NCBI GenBank assembly: GCA_041180065.1
Contig: JBEGSI010000006.1
Location: 25,729 to 89,728 of the forward strand
Source: Actinomycetota bacterium
Lineage (GTDB): Bacteria > Actinomycetota > Actinomycetes > Actinomycetales > Microbacteriaceae
Direction of reading: 5' to 3'
DNA: 64,000 nucleotides
Shown: in pieces, positions 21,620 to 30,600 of the stretch
Layout of the letters: each line of letters starts with the position of its first letter
How positions within the stretch are numbered: position 1 is the stretch's first letter
The notes under the pieces: model-generated
The model's input: only the letters and a program-made list of their open reading frames with translations
The model's database searches: none
Told to the model about the DNA's origin: nothing
Made by a program: the position numbers and the translations under genes

Positions 21620-23151
21620 TTAAGCCACTGAGTCTTCAGGAATTTCTGGTTGAATGTGCGGGAAAGCGTGTCGTCTCGCTAGTCAAAGAGGTCTTCTCTG
21701 GTAGCGAATCTCCTGTCAACGTCTTCGACAAATTAGCTAAGGGCAAAACTGGCGCATTTCTTTTGGAGTCAGCAGAGCAAGGTGTCTGGTCACGATTCTC
21801 ATTCGTTGGGGTCGATTCTCGCGGGCAGTTTCTTCAAGACCACCAAGGCAAGGTTTTGTGGAAGTCACAGAGTGGAGCCACGGCTCTTCCGGCAAATACG
21901 GATGATGCCCTCTTAGATGATGGCTTAGGCGCCCTGGCACAAATACAAAGGGCGTGGTTCACCGAACCTGGTTCTTATGGCATTCCGCTTATCTCAGGTT
22001 TGGTCGGTCACATAAATTGGGACGTAATCGCCGACTTGGAATCTCTTGATGTCAAGGTCGTTCAAGAGCGACCAATACCAAGAATCAGCTTTTCGATGTT
22101 TCAAAATCTAGTGATTGTCGATCATCACTCGGCGTCGCTTTTATTTGTCTCAAACGTTTTTGTCGAGGGCCAAACGCAGAGTCAACTTGAGGCACTCTAC
22201 GAAGGTGCTATGGGTTCGATCGAGTCGATGCTCGAGAGAGTGGCTGAACCTTCAGTTCCTTATCTCGCGGACTTAGACCTCGATATCGATCCGGCAGCTG
22301 ATTCGAATCAAACGAAAGAATATTTTCTAGACACGATTGAATCCGCCAAAACCCATGTGGTCCGAGGTGATGTTTTCCAAGTTGTTCTTTCGCAGAGATT
22401 CGAGGCGAGAGTTGATGTGGAGCCACTTGCCGTCTATCGGGTCTTGCGTGCTCTAAACCCAAGTCCATATATGTATCTAATCAACGGTGAAGATGAGTTC
22501 GGCGAGTACTCGATTGTTGGTTCCTCGCCAGAGGCCTTGGTAACTGTTTCTGGTGAATCGGTAATCACTCACCCCATTGCTGGTTCTAGGCCGAGAGGTA
22601 AAGACTGGGACGAAGATCACGCTCTGGAGGAGGAACTACTTTCCGACCGCAAGGAAACTTCAGAACATCTAATGCTGGTTGATTTAGCGCGTAATGATTT
22701 ACTGAAGGTTTGTCAGCCAAGTTCTGTTGCTGTAACGGAGTTTATGCAGGTTCACCGCTTTAGTCACATCATGCACCTGGTGTCAACTGTCGAGGGAAAA
22801 TTGCGCTCAGACCTAACCCCAGTCGACGTATTCAAAGCAACTTTTCCGGCAGGAACGCTCTCCGGCGCACCGAAACCTCGCGCCTTGGAAATCATTGAGA
22901 CACTCGAGCCAACTGCGAGGGGTTTGTACGGCGGCGTTTGCGGGTATTTCGACTTTGCTGGAAATGCCGATCTAGCAATCGCGATTCGCACCGCTCTCAT
23001 TCGGGGAAACCTAGCCTCCGTTCAAGCGGGCGCTGGAATTGTCTTGGATTCTGATCCAAACAGCGAGTTTGAGGAAACGAAGAGCAAAGCACGTGCCATC
23101 CTTCGCGCAATCGCTGCTGCAAACTCTGCAAGGCTCTCGGGCAAACAGTGA
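21616..23151 (+). CDS. trpE: anthranilate synthase component I
   Basis: 511 aa. GTLSGAPKPRA and LNPSPYMY motifs. ATGA overlap with hisI. Confidence 0.93.
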   Translation: MIKPLSLQEFLVECAGKRVVSLVKEVFSGSESPVNVFDKLAKGKTGAFLLESAEQGVWSRFSFVGVDSRGQFLQDHQGKVLWKSQSGATALPANTDDALLDDGLGALAQIQRAWFTEPGSYGIPLISGLVGHINWDVIADLESLDVKVVQERPIPRISFSMFQNLVIVDHHSASLLFVSNVFVEGQTQSQLEALYEGAMGSIESMLERVAEPSVPYLADLDLDIDPAADSNQTKEYFLDTIESAKTHVVRGDVFQVVLSQRFEARVDVEPLAVYRVLRALNPSPYMYLINGEDEFGEYSIVGSSPEALVTVSGESVITHPIAGSRPRGKDWDEDHALEEELLSDRKETSEHLMLVDLARNDLLKVCQPSSVAVTEFMQVHRFSHIMHLVSTVEGKLRSDLTPVDVFKATFPAGTLSGAPKPRALEIIETLEPTARGLYGGVCGYFDFAGNADLAIAIRTALIRGNLASVQAGAGIVLDSDPNSEFEETKSKARAILRAIAAANSARLSGKQ

Positions 23152-23654
23152 AACGGCTCGTTGTTTCAGCTCAACTTCTTTCGATATCTCTTCTTTGGAT
23201 TTTTGGTTCGCAAGTCTGGGCATCTGCAACCATCACAGATCAGGCCCGATCCATTCAAGTAACCGGTTTAGAGGCCTATCCTCAGTTGTTGGTTGGTTTG
23301 GTGGTTTGGCTTCTTATCGCATTCGTTTCTCGATACGTAAAGTCACTGTTTGGAAAGTTTTTGCTCACAGCAGTCACTGTTCTACTTATCGCCACCATGT
23401 CTCCGGTCTGGTTCGAATCAGCCTCTGGTTCGTTGAGCGTTTTGAGTCCGTCAGTTGCGAAACTAACTGGCGTTTCTGATTGGGCTTCTCAGTCACAGTT
23501 ACTCTCTAATGGCTTTTACAATCACTTCGCGGCCGACCTCTTCGTTATTACTCTGATCGTTTGTTTTTCCGCAACCGTTATTCGTATCTGGAAAAACACG
23601 TCACCCGATGGTTCGAAACCACTAACACGCATCGACCAACTGCCCAAATGGTGA
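23148..23654 (+). CDS. Trp-operon-associated membrane protein, function unknown
   Basis: 168 aa with about 4 hydrophobic segments. GTGA overlap with the trpE stop. Occupies the trpE-trpC slot held by an uncharacterised membrane protein in other Actinobacteria. Confidence 0.7.
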   Translation: MKRLVVSAQLLSISLLWIFGSQVWASATITDQARSIQVTGLEAYPQLLVGLVVWLLIAFVSRYVKSLFGKFLLTAVTVLLIATMSPVWFESASGSLSVLSPSVAKLTGVSDWASQSQLLSNGFYNHFAADLFVITLIVCFSATVIRIWKNTSPDGSKPLTRIDQLPKW

Positions 23655-23697
23655 TTCGATTTCGCCTAAACTAGAACTAAGAACGAAAGGCACCAAA

Positions 23698-23907
23698 TTG
23701 TCAGCAGACCACCCAGAAGACACTAACCACGGCGATACAGTTGCGGCTTGGACGTCCGTAGTGATCATCATTCTTGGTTTCTGTGGTCTAACCGCGTTCT
23801 TCTACCTGGGTGACTTGAACCTTACTTACGTTTCAGCAGCAGTCATTGTTCTTGGAGCCATCGCAGGCCCAGTTTTGTCGATGCTCGGCTTCGGTAAGAA
23901 GCGCTAA
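23698..23907 (+). CDS. small two-TM membrane protein, HGxxPAAW-like
   Basis: 69 aa. TTG start with GAAAGG 7 nt upstream. N-terminal HGDTVAAW followed by two hydrophobic helices. Confidence 0.6.
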   Translation: MSADHPEDTNHGDTVAAWTSVVIIILGFCGLTAFFYLGDLNLTYVSAAVIVLGAIAGPVLSMLGFGKKR

Positions 23908-23913
23908 AACAAG

Positions 23914-24684
23914 TTGCTTGAGGGTCTCTACGCCGGTGCTATTGCAGATGCAAGCGCGCGTAGTGAATCGGTTTCCGCAAAGGACCTAGAGTCCTTAATT
24001 TCTCAACTCGATTCTCCGATCAACGCTCTACAAGCCTTTCAGCCAAGGGCTAATGTTCACGTTCTAGCAGAGATTAAGCGTGCTAGTCCATCTCGTGGTG
24101 ATCTCGCCAATATTCCTGAACCAAGCCAACTTGCACAGGTTTATCAAACAGCAGGAGCAACAGGTATTAGTGTGCTCACCGAGGGGCACCGGTTCAAAGG
24201 TTCACTAAACGACTTAGTTGAGGTTAGAAAAGTGGTGGACATTCCACTACTCCGTAAAGACTTCATCGCAAACGAGTATCAACTTCTTGAGGCCCGAGCT
24301 TTCGGCGCAGACATTGCACTGTTGATTGTCGCCGGCTTGGATCAGCCAACGCTAAGACGTCTTAAATTGTTCACTGAAGAACTTGGCATGACTGCCTTCG
24401 TGGAGACTCACGACCGGGTCGAGTTGGAGCGTGCACTCGAAGTCGAATCTAAGTTTGTTGGTGTGAATGCCCGTGACCTTTCAACCTTTGAAACCAATCG
24501 GAATCTTTTTGGAGAGTTAGTTCACCTATTTCCTAAAGATGTAATCAAAGTCGCTGAGTCTGCGGTTAGAAATGCTGACGATGTAGGGCACTACCGCCAG
24601 GCTGGGGCTGATGTTGTATTAGTGGGCGAGGCACTAGTAACTAGCGACGCAAATTCAACTCTGCGGTCCTTTTTGGAGGTTTAA
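23914..24684 (+). CDS. trpC: indole-3-glycerol phosphate synthase
   Basis: 256 aa. EIKRASPSRG and LRKDFI motifs. TTG start. Confidence 0.92.
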   Translation: MLEGLYAGAIADASARSESVSAKDLESLISQLDSPINALQAFQPRANVHVLAEIKRASPSRGDLANIPEPSQLAQVYQTAGATGISVLTEGHRFKGSLNDLVEVRKVVDIPLLRKDFIANEYQLLEARAFGADIALLIVAGLDQPTLRRLKLFTEELGMTAFVETHDRVELERALEVESKFVGVNARDLSTFETNRNLFGELVHLFPKDVIKVAESAVRNADDVGHYRQAGADVVLVGEALVTSDANSTLRSFLEV

Positions 24685-24688
24685 TTAG

Positions 24689-25900
24689 ATGATGAACGAC
24701 AGCCCGAAACTTAGCGATGCGCGCGGACCATACTTTGGCGAGTTCGGTGGCCGTTTCGTCCCTGAATCACTTATCGCCGCCTTGGATCAGCTTGAGGAAA
24801 CTTACCGTTTTGCACAAGCCGACGAATCCTTCCACGCTGAGCTAAACGAACTGCACAGAAGCTACACCGGTCGTCCATCTATCCTTACCGAGGTGAAACG
24901 TTTTTCCCAGCATGCGAATGGCGCAAGGATCATTCTCAAGCGCGAGGATTTGAACCACACGGGTTCTCACAAGATCAACAACGTTCTTGGCCAAGCCCTT
25001 CTCGCAAAGCGCATGGGCAAGAAGCGAATAATTGCTGAAACTGGAGCAGGCCAACACGGCGTTGCAAGCGCTACCGCAGCAGCACTCTTTGGTCTCGAGT
25101 GTGTGGTTTACATGGGTGAGGTAGACACTCAGCGACAGGCTCTGAATGTCGCCAGAATGCGTTTGCTCGGTGCTGAGGTAATTCCGGTCACCACTGGAAG
25201 TAAAACTCTGAAGGACGCCATTAACGAGGCACTCCGCGATTGGGTCACTAACGTTGATTCAACTCACTATTTACTCGGCACGGTTGCTGGCCCGCACCCA
25301 TTTCCAGAGATGGTTCGTGATTTTCACTCCGTAATCGGCACAGAAGCGCGAGCTCAAATGCTCTCAGAATTTGGCGCACTTCCTACCGCTTTGGCGGCTT
25401 GCGTGGGCGGTGGGTCCAACGCAATCGGTCTGTTCCACGCTTTCCTAGACGACGAAGACGTTCAGATTTATGGCTTTGAGGCTGCTGGAGAAGGTATGAA
25501 CACTGATCGCCACGCCGCCACATTAAACTTCGGAAAGCCCGGAGTATTGCACGGCGCTAGAAGCTACATGCTGCAAAATGCTGATGGGCAAACTATTGAA
25601 AGTCACTCGATTTCAGCCGGACTCGATTACCCTGGTGTCGGTCCAGAGCACTCATGGCTAAAAGACCTAGGTAGAGCTCAGTACAGAGGAATCAGCGATG
25701 ACGAGGCTATGCAGGCTCTAAAGCTACTCAGCCAAACTGAGGGCATTATTCCTGCAATCGAAACAGCACACGCTCTTGCTGGAGCTCTCAAGCTTGGTTT
25801 CGAACTTGGTTCAGACGCAACCATCTTGGTTAATTTGTCTGGTCGTGGCGACAAGGACATGGAGACTGCTGGTAAGTACTTCGGATTGTTAGGTTCCTAG
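24689..25900 (+). CDS. trpB: tryptophan synthase beta chain
   Basis: 403 aa. HTGSHKINN (PLP lysine) and [13 protein letters not shown] 9 nt upstream. Confidence 0.96.
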   Translation: MMNDSPKLSDARGPYFGEFGGRFVPESLIAALDQLEETYRFAQADESFHAELNELHRSYTGRPSILTEVKRFSQHANGARIILKREDLNHTGSHKINNVLGQALLAKRMGKKRIIAETGAGQHGVASATAAALFGLECVVYMGEVDTQRQALNVARMRLLGAEVIPVTTGSKTLKDAINEALRDWVTNVDSTHYLLGTVAGPHPFPEMVRDFHSVIGTEARAQMLSEFGALPTALAACVGGGSNAIGLFHAFLDDEDVQIYGFEAAGEGMNTDRHAATLNFGKPGVLHGARSYMLQNADGQTIESHSISAGLDYPGVGPEHSWLKDLGRAQYRGISDDEAMQALKLLSQTEGIIPAIETAHALAGALKLGFELGSDATILVNLSGRGDKDMETAGKYFGLLGS

Positions 25901-26679
25901 TGTCAAAAGTTGAAGAAGTTTTTGAGGCGAATAAGTCTGCTGGTCGTGAGACACTAATCGGCTATTTCCCGGCGGGATACCCAAACATCGAAGAGTCCAT
26001 CGAGGCTTGCGTAGCGATGTGCGAAAACGGCGTCGACATTCTTGAATTGGGAGTTCCCTACAGTGACCCGGTTATGGACGGGTTGGTAATTCAGAATGCC
26101 ACCGAGGACGCGTTGGCTAATGGTTTCAAGCTGAGTGACACCTTCAAGATTCTTAGAGAAATCACTTCTCGCGTATCAACCCCAGTCCTCGTAATGACCT
26201 ATTGGAACCCTGTTCTTCAATTTGGTGTTCGCAAATTTGCCGAGGAACTTAAGGCGGCCGGCGGGGTTGGGCTAATCACTCCAGATTTGATTGTCGACGA
26301 GGCTTCTGAATGGATGAAGGTATCTGAAGACCTAGATCTTGATCGAGTCTTTCTAGCAACACCTACTTCAACCCAAGAACGCATTAATACTCTGGTTAAT
26401 GCCTCTCGGGGATTCGTTTATACGGTGTCGACCATGGGTATAACCGGAGCAAGAACTGATTTGGACGCCAAGGCTCGCGGAGTAGTTTCAAAAATTCGCG
26501 AATCTAACGCTCCACGTTTCACTGCGGTTGGTATTGGAATCAGCACGAGAGACCAGGTGGTTGAGGTGAACGGATACGCGGACGGCGCCATAGTTGGCTC
26601 GGTTTTTGTTAAGGCCTTTGCTTCCGGTGGCGTTCAGGCTTTGGTAGAGGCAACTAGAACACTCAGCAATGAAAGATAA
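25900..26679 (+). CDS. trpA: tryptophan synthase alpha chain
   Basis: 259 aa. ELGVPYSDPVMDG motif. GTG start overlaps the trpB stop by 1 nt. Confidence 0.94.
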   Translation: MSKVEEVFEANKSAGRETLIGYFPAGYPNIEESIEACVAMCENGVDILELGVPYSDPVMDGLVIQNATEDALANGFKLSDTFKILREITSRVSTPVLVMTYWNPVLQFGVRKFAEELKAAGGVGLITPDLIVDEASEWMKVSEDLDLDRVFLATPTSTQERINTLVNASRGFVYTVSTMGITGARTDLDAKARGVVSKIRESNAPRFTAVGIGISTRDQVVEVNGYADGAIVGSVFVKAFASGGVQALVEATRTLSNER

Positions 26680-26687
26680 TTGAAAAC

Positions 26688-27569
26688 ATGTTCAGTCAAT
26701 TCCCGAGTCCGACCTTCGAGAGTTTTACGCTCGGGCCGTTCACAATTCACATGTACGCACTCTGCATTCTTGCAGGCATAGTCGTCGCATACCTGATAGG
26801 TGCTGCGAGATTCAAGAAGCTTGGGGGAGACACCGGCGATCTACTAGACATAGTGCTTTGGGCAGTGCCAATTGGAATCATTGGTGGGCGCCTTTTCCAT
26901 GTTTTCACTCATCCACAGGATTACTTCGGCGTTTACCCTAACCTTCAAGAAACTCTGTATCACGTTGTTGCTGTCTGGGAGGGAGGACTGGCAATCTACG
27001 GTGCACTCATCGCTGGAACCTTCGGTGCATGGTTGGGGGCACGTTTTAGCAAGGTTAGATTTGTCAGCGTGCTCGACGCACTGGCTCCTGGTGTAATCCT
27101 TGCCCAAGCCATTGGACGTTGGGGTAACTGGTTTAATGAGGAGCTTTTTGGCGAACCAACCGATCTTCCTTGGGGGCTCCTAATTCCCGTGGGAAACCCA
27201 GCGGCACCAAAGGAATTTTCGGCTGAGACGCTTTACCACCCAGCATTTCTTTACGAGTTCGTGTTGAACTCGGTTGCTTTCGTGCTGCTGATTCTGCTCG
27301 ACAAACGCTTCAACTTGCGCTGGGGCAAACTTTTTGCGACCTATCTGGTTTTCTATTCCACAATTCGTTTCTTTATCGAAGGTATTCGTTTGGATCCGAG
27401 CGCGGTTTTCTTTGGCTTACGCACGAACCAGTGGTCAGCCTTTGCCGGTATCGTCATTGGTCTCACCGTCTTCTACATCCAGAGCAAGCGTCACACTGGG
27501 CTGGAGACATCCGTATATGTCAATAAAGCCGATGAAGACGATTCAGAGTTGGAAGCAACAAGAAAATAG
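26688..27569 (+). CDS. lgt: prolipoprotein diacylglyceryl transferase
   Basis: 293 aa polytopic protein. GRWGNWFNEELFG motif. Conserved trpA-lgt order. Confidence 0.92.
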   Translation: MFSQFPSPTFESFTLGPFTIHMYALCILAGIVVAYLIGAARFKKLGGDTGDLLDIVLWAVPIGIIGGRLFHVFTHPQDYFGVYPNLQETLYHVVAVWEGGLAIYGALIAGTFGAWLGARFSKVRFVSVLDALAPGVILAQAIGRWGNWFNEELFGEPTDLPWGLLIPVGNPAAPKEFSAETLYHPAFLYEFVLNSVAFVLLILLDKRFNLRWGKLFATYLVFYSTIRFFIEGIRLDPSAVFFGLRTNQWSAFAGIVIGLTVFYIQSKRHTGLETSVYVNKADEDDSELEATRK

Positions 27570-27654
27570 CTACCTGCGTTAGAATCTTCTAGGTTTAACA
27601 CTGTTTTTGGGCCAACGTTGTCCCTCCGATTCGATGACTATTGGAGAGTTCAAC

Positions 27655-30600
27655 ATGACTAAAGCGTCACCGTTCAAGCGCTTCAATACTGCGCCTGAAG
27701 CCTTTGGCCTTTATGACCCTAGCCGAGACAAAGATGCCTGTGGTCTTGCTATGGTAGCCACGCTACGTGGAACAGCTGGTCACGACATCGTGGATACCGC
27801 CCTAAATGCACTAAGAAACCTAGAACATCGTGGTGCCGTTGGTTCCGACGCTGGAACTGGCGATGGTGCAGGCATACTTTCTCAACTTCCAGACCGCTTT
27901 CTAAGATCTGTTGCCAGTTTCGAGCTTCCTGAGGTGGGGAGTTACGGCGCCGGTTTGGTTTTCGTGCATCAGGACGATTCAATCGACGTCTTCAAGGCAA
28001 GTTTTGATTCTTTAGCTTCCGAAGAGGGTCTTTCCGTAATAGGTTGGCGTGAGGTGCCAACTAATCCTGAGGTTCTGGGCGACCTAGCACGTGCCGCCAT
28101 GCCTCAGATTTTCCAGGTATTCGTTGATGGCGGCGCTAAGCGCGAAATGGATCTTGAGCGTGCACTGTTCCGTCTACGTAAAAGATCTGAACGATCTCTC
28201 GGCGCCTATCACTGTTCGCTCTCTTCGCGCACAATCGTCTACAAGGGAATGGTCACTACTCTCCAGCTTGAGCCGTTCTATCCCGACCTAAGTGACGAAT
28301 TGTTCGAATCGAAGTTGGCGCTGGTTCACTCGCGATTCTCGACCAACACTTTCCCGTCATGGCCTCTCGCACATCCATTCCGACTCATCGCACACAATGG
28401 CGAAATCAACACCGTCAAGGGAAACCGCAACTGGATGGCCGCTCGTCAGTCTCAGCTAGAAGCCGAGGTACTTGGCGATCTAAAGCAGCTTTTCCCCGTA
28501 ATCACCCCTGATGGCAGTGACTCGGCTTCATTCGACGAAGTTGTTGAACTTCTCTACATGTCGGGGCGATCTCTGCCTCACGCGATGATGATGATGATCC
28601 CTGAAGCTTGGGAAAAACAGACCGATATCGATAAAGCGCGCAAGAACTTCTACGAGTACCACAGCATGCTTATCGAGCCATGGGATGGTCCGGCAGCCGT
28701 AATCTTCACTGATGGAGATCTTGTTGGTGCAACTTTGGACAGAAATGGTTTGCGACCAGGGCGCTACCTTGTTACCGAAGATGGTCTGGTAGTCCTAGCT
28801 TCTGAAACCGGTGTTGCGGAAATAGATCCGTCTAAAGTCGTGCGAAAAGGACGCCTTCAGCCAGGCAAGATGTTCTTGGTTGACACCGTTGGCGGGCGAC
28901 TTATTGACGACGACGAGATCAAGTCGGAGATTGCAGCACTCGAGCCTTGGGGCGAATGGTTAGAGGAAAACCGAATCAATCTGGTCGACCTTCCAGAGCG
29001 CGAGCACATTGCCCACACCGCATCTTCCGTAAACCGGCGTCAGAGAACCTTTGGTTATACCGAAGAAGAACTAAAGATCATGATTGCCCCAATGGCAAAG
29101 GCCGGCGCCGAGCCTTTGGGAGCGATGGGTTCTGACACGCCAATAGCGGCTATTTCAGATCGTCCGAGACTTCTGTTTGATTACTTCGTACAACAATTCG
29201 CGCAAGTCACCAACCCGCCACTCGATTCGATTCGAGAAGAAGTGGTCACCTCACTTTCAACGGGTATTGGTCCAGAGCTAAACCTGCTGGCAGCAACACC
29301 AGAACACGCCCAGCAGGTCATTCTCGATTTCCCTGTTCTAACGAACGATGAGCTCGCCAAGATCAAGCACATCGACGAGGTGCCTGGCCTGGGTGAGGCT
29401 TTTGTAGTCAGAGGACTTTATTCCCTGGCGTCTGGAGAAGAGGGCCTCGCTTCACGCATCCGTGAGATCTTCGATGAGGTTGACGAGGCCATTGCCGGGG
29501 GAGCTAAGTATTTAGTTCTGAGCGACCGCGATAGCAACCACGACTTGGCTCCAATTCCATCACTTTTGCTTACCAGCGCAGTTCACCATCACCTCATCCG
29601 TGGCGGTAACCGTCCACGTGTCGGGCTAGTTGTAGAGGCTGGGGACGTTCGCGAGGTTCACCACGTTGCCGCGCTCATCGGTTACGGCGCAGCTGCGGTC
29701 AACCCTTACCTTGCTATGGAAACAGCCGAGCAGATGGTCAAGAGCGGTTACATCGCAGGCTTGACCGTTGAAAAGGCTACCTACAATCTTCTAAAGGCAC
29801 TTGGCAAAGGGGTCTTGAAGATTATGTCGAAGATGGGAATCTCGACCGTTTCCTCTTACGCTGGAGCTCAGTGTTTTGAGGCAATTGGTCTTTCACAAGA
29901 CTTCATCGACACCTATTTCACCGGTACTACCAGCCAGCTTGGTGGTATCGGTCTCGAAGTTATTCACCAGGAGATTGCCTCACGTCACCGCAGTGCCTAT
30001 CCACTTGAGAAGGCAGCAAACGCTCACGAAGATCTGCCAAGTGGTGGAGAGTTCCAATGGCGTCGCGATGGTGCACCACACCTCTTCAATCCCGAAACGG
30101 TTTTCAAGCTTCAGCATTCAACTCGTGAGAAACGTTTTGACGTTTTCCGTGAATATACGAAATTAGTTGATGATCAAGCTGAGCAACTAATGACTCTTCG
30201 TGGGTTGTTCACACTTCGCCAAGGTGTTCGTCCCGAAATCAGCGTCGATGAAGTTGAGCCAATTTCAGAGATCGTGAAGCGTTTCTCTACTGGGGCCATG
30301 AGTTACGGTTCCATTTCACCTGAAGCGCACGAAACGCTGGCGATTGCCATGAATCAACTGGGTGCCAAGTCAAACACCGGCGAAGGTGGCGAGGATATCG
30401 AGCGCCTTCTCGACCCTAAGCGTCGCAGTGCGATTAAGCAGGTGGCATCCGGGCGCTTCGGCGTTACCTCGATGTACCTGACGCACGCCGAAGACATTCG
30501 AATCAAGATGGCGCAGGGAGCAAAACCTGGTGAAGGTGGTCAACTTCCGCCAAACAAGGTCTACCCGTGGATTGCTCGCACTCGACATGCAACCGCCGGT

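Noticed and set aside
23039-23479. 146-aa plus-strand ORF spanning the trpE 3' end and the membrane-protein gene.
   Set aside because: It is an out-of-frame overlap with two better-supported genes and has no motif or SD.
27571-27600. GlnR or AmtR box upstream of gltB.
   Set aside because: Only 4 of 5 matches to half-sites, in the wrong order and spacing. It is kept only as a generic inverted repeat in the findings.
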